Of a stretch of 55,649 bases of DNA, positions 26,908-35,529 are shown one piece after another; position 1 is the stretch's first letter; each line of letters opens with the position of its first letter. The notes below the pieces were generated by a model that saw nothing but the letters and a program-made list of their open reading frames with translations, made no database searches and was not told where the DNA came from. Location: contig JBBDQO010000018.1 in NCBI GenBank assembly GCA_040905925.1, positions 1 to 55,649 on the forward strand. The letters are read 5' to 3'. The DNA comes from Acidimicrobiia bacterium. GTDB taxonomy: Bacteria > Actinomycetota > Acidimicrobiia > Spongiisociales > ZC4RG35. A program made the translations under genes and the position numbers.

Positions 26908-27746
26908 GGTTGAGTCCCGGCATCGGTTGTTTGGCCGGTGGTCTCCTCGGCTGGCGACGCCACCTGACCCGGAGCGGTGGTGGTCGACTCGAGGAGATAG
27001 GCCACCAGGTCGTCCAGGTCGGAACTGGAAAGGACCTCCCCGGGATGATCGCCGAGCCCGATGATGATGGCTTCGATCTGACTGTCGGTGAGACGGGTGC
27101 CGACATCGGAGAGATCAGGCCCGAAACGACGTGCGCCGAGCACCTGGTTGGAGTCGTTGAGAGTGACCGCGCCCAGGCCGACGTCAGAGACGACGGGACG
27201 GACCATCTGGGTGTGACAGGACCCGCACCCGAGGTTCTCATAGATGTCCTTCCCCTGCAGACCGGCTTCGCTGTAGCTGATCGCACTGGTCCGGGCCCCC
27301 GGATTCTCGCTTGCGATCGATGGGCCGACCAGACCGACCAGCAACACCGCAACGAAGAGCCCGACGACACCCGCCAGCACTGTCATCGGGCGGTCCGGTT
27401 CCCCGACCAGCACCGGTGGTTTGCCCGACCGGGCGGGTCCAGGTGGGGCGGGCGGCTGTGGAGTGGCCGGGGGCAGGATGTCCCCCTGCGTTGCGAGGGT
27501 CGGCGTCTCGTCGACCGCGGGGGGTGCAGGCGGAGGCTCACTCTCCACCTCTGCCGGGACGCCGTCGGCCTCGGCGGCACTCGCCGGAGCCGGAGCCGGG
27601 GCCTCGATCGACCCGCCGCCGGCCCAGGCGGCCAGGACCTCGTCCACCGTCATCCCGGAGGCGGAGGCCCGTGCCTCGGCCGATCTCTTGACCAGGGCCT
27701 CGGGGGTGCCCAGGGCGGCGGCGGCGGCGGCGAGCAGGTCACTCAT
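26904..27746 (-). CDS. CcoO/FixO-like monoheme cytochrome c subunit with an N-terminal RSAxARA module
   Basis: GKDIYENLGCGSCHTQMVRP...RRFGPDLSDVGTR...LDDLVAYL resembles cbb3 subunit II. The start is taken at ATG 27746 by homology to the paralogous N-terminus. Confidence 0.75.
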   Translation of the reverse strand: MSDLLAAAAAALGTPEALVKRSAEARASASGMTVDEVLAAWAGGGSIEAPAPAPASAAEADGVPAEVESEPPPAPPAVDETPTLATQGDILPPATPQPPAPPGPARSGKPPVLVGEPDRPMTVLAGVVGLFVAVLLVGLVGPSIASENPGARTSAISYSEAGLQGKDIYENLGCGSCHTQMVRPVVSDVGLGAVTLNDSNQVLGARRFGPDLSDVGTRLTDSQIEAIIIGLGDHPGEVLSSSDLDDLVAYLLESTTTAPGQVASPAEETTGQTTDAGTQP

Positions 27747-29214
27747 CGGAATCGCCACCTACGGTCACCTGCCAGGTCCCTTGACGACCTTGCTCGTCGT
27801 AGACCAGCACCTCCTGGGGCACGGCCCGACCCGAGGTGACGGTGCCGATCACCGCGGAGGCGTAGGCCAGTTGGCCCACGAAGGCGATGATCGCGAAAAC
27901 GAAGGCGATGAGGAGCAGGGGATCGGCAGCCGAGGCGCCGGCGGCCCAGCCGTCTCCGGCGTTGACATAGGCGGCGCTGTTGGATCCGGCCAACCAGGAG
28001 TAACCGCTGACGATCCCGGCTCCCCCCATCGTGACCAGCACCCCACCGACACCGATCACGGTCAGTCTCTGGAATGAGCGGGCCCGGTCGGTCGATTGCA
28101 TGGCACGCCCGGTCACCCGGGGCAGCGCGTCGAAACTCACCCCCGCGACCAGCAACGGGCCCACACCGAGCAGGCAGGAGTACTCGATGGCTTCCCAGAA
28201 GGAGGTCAAGGCGGTCACCGAGCCGATCGCCCGGAATGAGGCGAGACTGGCCATCGCTGCCACCACCACACCGAGGAAGGTGCCAACCACGCCGGAGGAG
28301 ACGCCGGGTCGGTCAGCCACCCGGTCCCAATGGCCCTGAAGGGTGAGGGACACATTCGATGCGTTGGCGAGCGCACCGATGGGGAAGGCCAGGCCGAGAG
28401 CCGCGGCGACCGCATCGACCCATCCGGGCCCGGGACCGAACACCAGTTGGGCGACACCCCACCACACCGCGGCAAATCCGAGCGACCAGAAGCCGGCCAC
28501 GGCGAGCTGGCGTGAAGCCAGAGCCACGTCGGCCTCCTTGACCAGGGTGTAATAGAAGAGACCGGTCCCAACGGTGAAGACCCACATCGTGACGAAGCCC
28601 GCCGAGAAGAAGAGACCCGAGTAGGTCTGGGTGAGGGAATCGGCGAAGGGGAGGGTTCCGACGATGTGGGCGGCGAAAAGGAGTGGAAGCCAAGTCACGC
28701 CACCCATCACGAACCAGAGGGTCACGTAGGTCCGCTTCTCCTCACGGCGGGTGATCGTCGCCACGGTGTTTAGCGCGGGCAACGACAGAGCGAGCAACAG
28801 CGGCACGTCCAGCCACCAGGGGAGGCCGAGCGGTTGCAGACCGTCGCCGAAACCGAGAGCGATTGCCCCCAGACCCGCCAGCACCAGCGCGACCAACAGC
28901 ACCAGCCCACCGCGGGCCATGGCGACGCTTCGCAGCGGGGCTCCGGTGAGACGGGGCAGGACGTAGTAGATCCCACCGAGCAGCGAGATCACCAGGAAGC
29001 CGATCATCAGGGTGAGGTTGGCCATCGGCTCCAATCGACCCAGACTCATCGGAGACAGGCCCCCGAAGCGCATCGCGAAGTGGGCAAGGACTTCGAGGAG
29101 ACCACCCAGGACCAGGAACATCGCGCCAACGAGGAAGTGGGCTGCCGCAATACGATCCTCGTCGGCCCCGCCCCCGAGGAACGCTCGAATGTCTGCTTGT
29201 TGCCTGGTCGCCAC
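27739..29214 (-). CDS. Heme-copper oxidase subunit I (cbb3 CcoN)-like 12-TM protein lacking all canonical His ligands
   Basis: GTG 29214 with an AAGGA RBS. Contains LGRLEPMANLTLMIGF..GGIYYVLPRLTG and LQGHWDRVADRP, alignable to CcoN blocks. Only 4 His in 491 aa, with no HH pair and no HxH. Confidence 0.65.
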   Translation of the reverse strand: MATRQQADIRAFLGGGADEDRIAAAHFLVGAMFLVLGGLLEVLAHFAMRFGGLSPMSLGRLEPMANLTLMIGFLVISLLGGIYYVLPRLTGAPLRSVAMARGGLVLLVALVLAGLGAIALGFGDGLQPLGLPWWLDVPLLLALSLPALNTVATITRREEKRTYVTLWFVMGGVTWLPLLFAAHIVGTLPFADSLTQTYSGLFFSAGFVTMWVFTVGTGLFYYTLVKEADVALASRQLAVAGFWSLGFAAVWWGVAQLVFGPGPGWVDAVAAALGLAFPIGALANASNVSLTLQGHWDRVADRPGVSSGVVGTFLGVVVAAMASLASFRAIGSVTALTSFWEAIEYSCLLGVGPLLVAGVSFDALPRVTGRAMQSTDRARSFQRLTVIGVGGVLVTMGGAGIVSGYSWLAGSNSAAYVNAGDGWAAGASAADPLLLIAFVFAIIAFVGQLAYASAVIGTVTSGRAVPQEVLVYDEQGRQGTWQVTVGGDSDE

Positions 29215-29379
29215 CGGATTCCTTGTTCAGGACAGGACGGCGGGAGCATAACTACTTCGCCGGCTCGTTCCGTCCTCGGACAAAACCAGGGGTGGGCCCG
29301 ATTCGGGTTCTCTAGGCCGAGCCCGGTTATGGTAGAAACGGGCCGACAGCCAGTTGATCCGCGCCCGAAACAACACCAG

Positions 29380-30012
29380 ATGTACCGACTCGCAGAACTG
29401 AGCGACAGCACCCGCAGGAAAGCAGGCTGGGGAATGCTCCTGCTCGGGACCGTGCTGTTGGCGGTGGGAGTGGTGTGGATCCACTTCTCGAGTCTGTCCG
29501 AGACGGTCATGGTGGACGGTGTGGCGGTTCCACTGGTCGTCGACTACTTCAACTGGTGGCCCCGGGGTGTTTTGTGGCAGGGCGCCGGCTATCTGGTGGT
29601 GTTCGCCGCTTCTCAAATGATGATTGGTGGCGCCGTCTTCCTCTGGGTGCTCAATCAGAGGATGACCTGGTCGCGTGCGGTGTTCACCGCCTACCTGACC
29701 TGGCTGGAGTTGGTGATCATCTTTGGCATGGTCCCCTCCGAATGGCTCAGCTTCGCCCAGACCGACCTCGATTGGTCTACCCAGAGGGTCGCTCTCGTGG
29801 TGCCGCCGATCCTGGTGCTGGGGAACTCGGTCGAGGTCAGTTACGGCATGCTCAAGGACTCGATCTCGATGGGCTACCACCTGGTCATGCTTGGTGCAGG
29901 AGCGGTCTTCACCCTCGAGGTGCAGAAGATGAGGAAGGGCCGCCCGGCTGCTGCGGAGAAGCCTGAGAAGAAGTCGCCTTACGGTCGTCCCCTGGTCAAG
30001 GGAGGCACCTGA
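29380..30012 (+). CDS. Hypothetical polytopic membrane protein, first gene of the Rieske/cytochrome b operon
   Basis: ATG 29380 (the track start 28834 is antisense to the CcoN-like gene). Four or five TM helices. TGATG junction with the ferredoxin gene. Confidence 0.6.
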   Translation: MYRLAELSDSTRRKAGWGMLLLGTVLLAVGVVWIHFSSLSETVMVDGVAVPLVVDYFNWWPRGVLWQGAGYLVVFAASQMMIGGAVFLWVLNQRMTWSRAVFTAYLTWLELVIIFGMVPSEWLSFAQTDLDWSTQRVALVVPPILVLGNSVEVSYGMLKDSISMGYHLVMLGAGAVFTLEVQKMRKGRPAAAEKPEKKSPYGRPLVKGGT

Positions 30013-30461
30013 TGGTGCGCGGCGTCGTCGACGAGACCCCGCCGATCCGGGATGACTACCAGCTCGCGGTGGTCGAGGGTGACTATTTCACCGACAAGCT
30101 CCGCCCCAAGCAGTTCCTCCACATCGACCAGTCGGAGTGCATCCTCTGTGAGGGCTGTGTCGACATCTGCCCCTGGAAGTGCATCCACTATCTCTCACTG
30201 GATGCCATCACCGAGGGGGTGAACGTGGACCACCCCGCCGACGACCCCCAGAACCTGGGGTTCTTCATCGTCGACGAGGACGAGTGCACCCGCTGCGCTT
30301 TGTGTGTCGATCGCTGTCCGACCAATGTGATCTCGCTCGGAAAGTTCGAAGGCTCCCTGGCCGACCAGGCCGTCGAGCTCGGGCTGGACCGCCGGCCCTG
30401 GGATTTCGACACCGGGCAACGTGACTTCAAGAATGGGTATGCGTACGGGATGCGCTGGTAG
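30012..30461 (+). CDS. 2x[4Fe-4S] ferredoxin-domain protein
   Basis: [12 protein letters not shown] and [12 protein letters not shown]. Confidence 0.8.
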   Translation: MVRGVVDETPPIRDDYQLAVVEGDYFTDKLRPKQFLHIDQSECILCEGCVDICPWKCIHYLSLDAITEGVNVDHPADDPQNLGFFIVDEDECTRCALCVDRCPTNVISLGKFEGSLADQAVELGLDRRPWDFDTGQRDFKNGYAYGMRW

Positions 30462-30469
30462 GAGAGGTT

Positions 30470-31246
30470 TTGGCTAACGGCAACGGCAAAGTCGGTCTCA
30501 TCGACCGTATGAAGGAGGCGAACGAGAAGCTGTGGGGGTCCCAACTCGCCGAATCGATCCTCCGCCCCGGCTCCCCCTTCAAGAAGGGCTATTCGGACAG
30601 CCCGAGGAACCGCTCCTACGTGGTGATGAACAACGTCCTCTATCACCTGCATCCGGTCAAGGTGAAACGCCACGGGGTCAGGCTCTCCTACACGTTGTGC
30701 CTGGGCGGTCTCAGCTTCTTCCTCTTCATCCTGCTCACCATCACCGGCATCTTCCTCATGTTCTATTACACCCAATCGGCGGAAAGGGCCTATGCCGACA
30801 TCGAGGCGTTGTCGACCAATGTGGCCTTTGGTTCCCTGGTGCGGAACATGCACCGCTGGGGCGCCCATCTCATGGTGTTGACCGTGTTCCTCCACATGAG
30901 CCGGGTCTTCTATCACGGTGCCTACAAGCCGCCCCGTGAGTTCAACTGGGTGGTGGGTGTTGTCTTGCTCTTCCTCACCTTGCTCCTCTCCTTCTCCGGC
31001 TATCTGCTCCCCTGGGACCAGTTGGCGCTTTGGGCCGTCACTGTCGGCACCAACATGGCGGGGTTCGTCCCCGTCGTCGGAGCCCAGGTCAAGTTCGCTC
31101 TGTTGGGCGGGGTGGAGGTCTCCGCGGCCACTTTGCTCCGGTTCTACGTGCTCCACGTCCTGGCCCTGCCATTCATCCTCGTGATCTTCCTCGCCGTTCA
31201 TTTCTGGCGGGTGCGCAAGGACGGCGGGATCTCGGGCCCTCTTTAA
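30470..31246 (+). CDS. Cytochrome b6-type (N-terminal four-helix) cytochrome b
   Basis: GGAGAGG RBS then TTG 30470. Contains [38 protein letters not shown] and [23 protein letters not shown], giving two His pairs 13 residues apart. Confidence 0.88.
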   Translation: MANGNGKVGLIDRMKEANEKLWGSQLAESILRPGSPFKKGYSDSPRNRSYVVMNNVLYHLHPVKVKRHGVRLSYTLCLGGLSFFLFILLTITGIFLMFYYTQSAERAYADIEALSTNVAFGSLVRNMHRWGAHLMVLTVFLHMSRVFYHGAYKPPREFNWVVGVVLLFLTLLLSFSGYLLPWDQLALWAVTVGTNMAGFVPVVGAQVKFALLGGVEVSAATLLRFYVLHVLALPFILVIFLAVHFWRVRKDGGISGPL

Positions 31247-31257
31247 GGACGATCGAA

Positions 31258-32361
31258 ATGACAGAGATACCAGAGAGTCTTCTCAGAAGGTCGGCAGAGG
31301 CCAAGGCCAAGGCCCTCGGCCTCTCGGTGGAGCAGGTGCTCGCCGAGATGAAGGGCGAGGCGCCTCCGGCCCTGCCCTCGGCCGCGGAACCCGAGCCGGA
31401 GGAGGCGGTCCTCGAAGAAGCTGTCGAGGAGGTTCCGCCTGCCGTCGGGCCCCCGGTCGAGAACCCGGTGGTTGAGGTCGCATCCGAGCCCGTGGTCACA
31501 CCCGAGGCGCCTCATGCTGCGCCCGCCGTGGCTTCGGAGCCCCCCGAGCCCGAACCGGACCAAGAGGCCGCTGAGGCCGCTGAGGTCTCCGAATCCGAGA
31601 TGGGGGAGACACCGGAACCCCAGGATGCGCCCGCTCCCGCGGTCGAGGCCGCGGAGGAACCGGCCGCGGTCGAGGACCTTCCCGCGGCCGCGGTCGAGGC
31701 CGCGGAGGAACCGGCCGCGGTGGCCGGGGTGATCGACGAATCGGCGCCGGCAGCCGAGGGGGACGGGGCCGGCAACGGGAAGGTCGCTGCCACCGTCAGC
31801 CCACGGCCAGTGGTGCCACCGGCCGGCACCCCGGAGGGCGTGCGCACCCAGCGACTGCTGACGGTGGTCAAGGCCCGGGCGATTCAAACCGTCAAGGCCG
31901 AGCCCACTGACAAGGTGAACACCTGGCCCCATCTGATGCTCATGGAGTTCGGGGCGCTGCTCGCGATCACAGGGTTCTTGGTGATCCTGGCGGTGATCAT
32001 CCATTCGCCACTGTTGGCGCCGGCCAACTTCAACTCCACTCCCAACCCTTCCAAGGCGCCCTGGTACTTCCTCGGCCTCCAGGAGTTGCTGTCCTATTTC
32101 GACCCCCAGATCGCAGGCGTGACCGTGCCCACGATCACCGGGATGATCGGGTTCATGATGGTCCCCTACGTTGACAAGAACCCGTCGACACGGCCCAGCG
32201 ACCGCAAGTTCGCCATAGCCCTCTATTCGACGTTCCTCGCCGGGGCGGCCACCCTCACCATCATCGGGGTGCTGTTCAGAGGACGGGGATTCAACTTCTC
32301 CTACCCCTGGAAGGACGGGGTCTTCTTCGACGACCTCAAGGACTGGGTGCAATTCGAATGA
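31258..32361 (+). CDS. Cytochrome b C-terminal / b6f subunit IV-like protein with a long N-terminal acidic extension
   Basis: ATG 31258. About 200 aa of E/P/A-rich sequence, then WPHLMLMEF...PNPSKAPWYFLGLQELL (PEWY-type motif) and three TM helices. Confidence 0.8.
   Translation: MTEIPESLLRRSAEAKAKALGLSVEQVLAEMKGEAPPALPSAAEPEPEEAVLEEAVEEVPPAVGPPVENPVVEVASEPVVTPEAPHAAPAVASEPPEPEPDQEAAEAAEVSESEMGETPEPQDAPAPAVEAAEEPAAVEDLPAAAVEAAEEPAAVAGVIDESAPAAEGDGAGNGKVAATVSPRPVVPPAGTPEGVRTQRLLTVVKARAIQTVKAEPTDKVNTWPHLMLMEFGALLAITGFLVILAVIIHSPLLAPANFNSTPNPSKAPWYFLGLQELLSYFDPQIAGVTVPTITGMIGFMMVPYVDKNPSTRPSDRKFAIALYSTFLAGAATLTIIGVLFRGRGFNFSYPWKDGVFFDDLKDWVQFE
31638..31721 (+). repeat. Direct 33-bp repeat with a 51-bp period inside the acidic linker
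   Basis: CGCGGTCGAGGCCGCGGAGGAACCGGCCGCGGT occurs at 31638-31670 and again at 31689-31721. It encodes AVEAAEEPAAV twice. Confidence 0.85.
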
Positions 32362-33236
32362 GTGCGACCAACCTCGCCCTGATCGGCGTCGCCGTGGTCG
32401 CGATATTTGGCGCTATCGGCGCCTTTGCCGTGGCCTTTCGCCGGTCACAGGGCGGAGTCCGCAAGCAGGCAGATCCCACCGCGGGTGTCTCGCCCGAGAC
32501 CAGGTCTGCCGATCGATCGATGGAAGGCGTTTCGGTGGCGCCGGTTGCGGTCGAGGAGGTGGAGCCGGAACCGGAACCGGAGCCGGAGCCGGAGGACGAG
32601 GCCGAAGTCGAGCATGCCGGGGTCCAGATAGTCCAGACCCAGCGGGTCGTCGAGGTTTCGCCCGAAGAAGGCGGGGTCACCAGACGTCAGTTCTTCAACC
32701 GTGCGATCACAGCCACCTTCGGGTCGTTTCTGGCATTGCAGGGCATCTACTACCTGGCCTTTTTCTGGCCCAAGCTGACCGGGGGCTTCGGCGCCGATAT
32801 CGACGCCGGTCTGATCACCGATCTCGAGACCCAGGTGCACACCTCGGACGGCGCCATCCTCCCCCTCTTCATCCCCGAGGCCAAGGCCTATGTGGTGCCG
32901 GCTCCGCCGTCGTTGTCCGAGCAGTTCGCCGACCAGCGGGTGGAGGCCGGAGGGCTGATGGCCCTTTTCCAACGTTGTGTCCATCTCGGTTGTCGGGTGC
33001 CGTGGTGTGGCCCCTCGCAGGGGTTCGAATGCCCTTGCCATGGCTCCAAGTACAACGCAGTCGGTGAGTACTTCGGGGGGCCGGCTCCTCGCAACCTCGA
33101 CCGGTTCGTGGTCGAGTTGGTGGACGACAGGTTCATCATCAAGACCGGCACTGTGATCCAGACTCCACGCGCCCCCACTCTCTCGCTCGACTACCCCCAG
33201 GGCCCGAGCTGTATCTCCATCGTCACTGAAGAATGA
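32358..33236 (+). CDS. Rieske [2Fe-2S] iron-sulfur subunit
   Basis: CVHLGCRV...CPCHGSKY. Tat-like TRRQFFNRA. N-terminal extra TM and an EPEPEPEPEPEDE linker. ATGA overlap with the upstream gene. Confidence 0.9.
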   Translation: MSATNLALIGVAVVAIFGAIGAFAVAFRRSQGGVRKQADPTAGVSPETRSADRSMEGVSVAPVAVEEVEPEPEPEPEPEDEAEVEHAGVQIVQTQRVVEVSPEEGGVTRRQFFNRAITATFGSFLALQGIYYLAFFWPKLTGGFGADIDAGLITDLETQVHTSDGAILPLFIPEAKAYVVPAPPSLSEQFADQRVEAGGLMALFQRCVHLGCRVPWCGPSQGFECPCHGSKYNAVGEYFGGPAPRNLDRFVVELVDDRFIIKTGTVIQTPRAPTLSLDYPQGPSCISIVTEE

Positions 33237-35137
33237 CCGCGAACCTGATAACGGTGTTTGCGCTGGTGGTCGGGATCGTGTGGCTCGGCGTGCTCTTCGC
33301 TTCGGCGATCCGCAACCGGGGTGGGGAAGAGGTCGCCCCCAATCTCAAACCAGGGATCACCGACCAGGAGATGGAGACCCGGCGACTCGAGGGTGGGCAG
33401 AAGGCGGCGATCGCCTTCTCGGCTTTTCTCGCCATCTCGCTTCCCCTCTATTTCCTCGGTGAGACGGGTCGGCAGGAGAACTTCGTCGACGAGTTCGAGG
33501 TGGCGGCGCAAGAGCGCGGGGCCCTAATCGTCGAGGAGTTCCGGTGTTTCGACTGCCACGGCCCGGAGGGGGTGGGGGGGACTGCCCGCTATGTGGAGAA
33601 ACGCTCCGGAGTGACCGTCTCCTGGGCAGCGCCCTCTCTCAACGACATCCTCTTCCGGTATGAGGAGGCCGAGGTCAACTTCTGGGTTACCTACGGTCGA
33701 GGCAATACACCGATGCCGGCCTGGGGCCTTCCTGGCGGCGGCCCTCTGACCGAGGCCCAGGTGTCGGATGTCGTCAGCTATCTGACAACCATCCAGGTGC
33801 CCCAGAACGATGCTCTGGCCGAGTTGGAGCCGGGAATCGAGGTCCAGCTCGACCGGCTCGAGACGGCGGAGGCGACGGTGACCACGGCCATCATCAATCA
33901 GGCCCAGGTTGTCGCCAACATCGTTGCCGCCCCCGCGAGATTGGTGATCGTGGACCCACTCGCCAAGCGAGCCGGTGACCTCCTCGATGACGCCGGCGAA
34001 GGCCTGGACACCGACGATGACGGTCTGTCCGATGTCGCCGAGGAGGAGCTGTCGGCGATTTCGGTCGAGGCTCTCGAAGCACTGACGGTGGTGCAGCCGA
34101 TCGCACTCGATCCAGAGACGCCAGATGCCGAGCTGGCTGAGGAGGCAGTGTTCTCGTTGGAGGAGTCGCTCGAGATCGCCCCCGTTCTCGAGATCTACCT
34201 CGATGCGATCCAATTGGCGATCGTGGAAGGGACGGTCGACCCCGCGGTTGGGATCAGCGAAGGGGCGATCACCGAGTTGGAGCCGATTGCCGCCGCAGCC
34301 GCCGATCTGGGCGTGACGGTGCCGCCGGCGATTCAGGACCTGGCCGACGCCGAGGATTTGGTCGCAGCCCTCGACGAGGCCGCCGCCGCCGAGACACCTG
34401 TTGAGGGTGCAGCGGCTCTCGCCGCACAGGCTGGCGCCTCGGTGACCGCCGGGTCCGACTCCGATGGGGACGGGCTCTCGACCGCCGCCGAAGAAGACAT
34501 CAGCAACCAGATGACCGAGGCCAACGTGTCCACGATCCCTGGTGGTCTGAGTGCGATCAGCCTCGACCCCACCAACCCGGCTTCGGTGGGCGGGGAGCCG
34601 GACAGCGCGACGGCTGCCACGATGGTGGGCAGGCTGGAGTCGCTCCACACCTCTCTGCAGGTCACCTCCGACAACATCGACAAGCTCCGGGAACAGGAGG
34701 TCGGTGGTCTCGAGTTCCTCGAGGCCGCCCAAGACACCGGCGCCTGGGAGATCGACTTCGAAGGCGTAGCCGAGGCGATGGGCGCCGAAGTCGAAACGGC
34801 GCAACGCGCGGCGGGGTTGTTCAACTCCAACTGCGCCCGGTGCCACACCGCCGGGTTCAGTGCCGGGGTGCCCTTCACCCAGGAGGCCGGGTCCGGCGGC
34901 TTTGGACCTGCCCTCTGGGATGGTCGTCCGACCGTGCAATTCGGCGAGGTGAGCGAGAATCCGGAAGACGACCTGTTGGTCAGGTTCTTGACCCGCGGAT
35001 CGGAAGCCCAGACTCCTTACGGGCTCAACGGCTTTGGCTCGGGTCGAATGCCGGCGTTTGGCGCCATTCTCAGCGAGGCGGACATCGAGCTTCTCGCCGC
35101 CTATCTACGTGGGGGCAATATGGACGGGAAGGGTTGA
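33233..35137 (+). CDS. Membrane-anchored diheme c-type cytochrome with a ~330-aa acidic insertion
   Basis: CFDCHG (33545-) and CARCHT (34832-). The domains are separated by D/E/A-rich sequence carrying DTDDDGLSD (34007-34033) and DSDGDGLST (34457-34483). Confidence 0.85.
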   Translation: MTANLITVFALVVGIVWLGVLFASAIRNRGGEEVAPNLKPGITDQEMETRRLEGGQKAAIAFSAFLAISLPLYFLGETGRQENFVDEFEVAAQERGALIVEEFRCFDCHGPEGVGGTARYVEKRSGVTVSWAAPSLNDILFRYEEAEVNFWVTYGRGNTPMPAWGLPGGGPLTEAQVSDVVSYLTTIQVPQNDALAELEPGIEVQLDRLETAEATVTTAIINQAQVVANIVAAPARLVIVDPLAKRAGDLLDDAGEGLDTDDDGLSDVAEEELSAISVEALEALTVVQPIALDPETPDAELAEEAVFSLEESLEIAPVLEIYLDAIQLAIVEGTVDPAVGISEGAITELEPIAAAAADLGVTVPPAIQDLADAEDLVAALDEAAAAETPVEGAAALAAQAGASVTAGSDSDGDGLSTAAEEDISNQMTEANVSTIPGGLSAISLDPTNPASVGGEPDSATAATMVGRLESLHTSLQVTSDNIDKLREQEVGGLEFLEAAQDTGAWEIDFEGVAEAMGAEVETAQRAAGLFNSNCARCHTAGFSAGVPFTQEAGSGGFGPALWDGRPTVQFGEVSENPEDDLLVRFLTRGSEAQTPYGLNGFGSGRMPAFGAILSEADIELLAAYLRGGNMDGKG

Positions 35138-35139
35138 CG

Positions 35140-35529
35140 ATGTCCGTGGTCATGGCACAGGGCGATTTCTTCCGGGAGTTCTTCCGCTCCCTCTTCTCCG
35201 CCAACCTGTTCGTCACGGGCGTGATCCTGACGATCGGGGCGGTTCTTCTTTTCTATGGCTCGATCTACCTGTTCAACGCCACCAACCTCGGGAAGAGGCT
35301 CGGGTTCCTGGTGACCGGGGCCGCCTTGTTCGGATGGCTGACCATCACCTCGATGCTCTTTGTGATCTACGCCCCACGGGGACCGAAGCCGGACAACATC
35401 GAAGGGCTCAACGCGGTCGAGATCCGCATCATCCCGGTCACCTATCTGCTGGTGTCCCTGGTGCTCTTCCTGGTGTTCCTGGTGGCCCTACACCAATACG
35501 AAGAGCTCCAGGAGAAGTCGAGCCGATGA
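35140..35529 (+). CDS. Small three-to-four-TM membrane protein, last gene of the Rieske/cytochrome b operon
   Basis: ATG 35140 lies 3 nt after the cytochrome c stop. 129 aa, hydrophobic. Confidence 0.6.
   Translation: MSVVMAQGDFFREFFRSLFSANLFVTGVILTIGAVLLFYGSIYLFNATNLGKRLGFLVTGAALFGWLTITSMLFVIYAPRGPKPDNIEGLNAVEIRIIPVTYLLVSLVLFLVFLVALHQYEELQEKSSR

Noticed and set aside
29215-29379. Short inverted repeats (AGGACGG...CCGTCCT at 29234-29276, GCCCGGTT...AAACGGGC near 29320-29343) in the divergent respiratory promoter region, considered as defined operators
   Set aside because: The stems are short and imperfect, and they match no regulator motif I can name. They are not strong enough to call as features without comparative data.
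30188-34939. Long antisense ORFs opposite the cytochrome b/Rieske/cytochrome c genes (30188..31201 -, 31243..32352 -, 33524..34939 -). Similar ones exist elsewhere (10400..11368 -, 15542..16216 -, 47158..48471 -, 49520..50257 -).
   Set aside because: Their translations are Arg/Gly/Pro/His-rich with no recognisable motifs. The opposite strand carries unambiguous conserved proteins. This is the typical stop-poor antisense frame of high-GC DNA.
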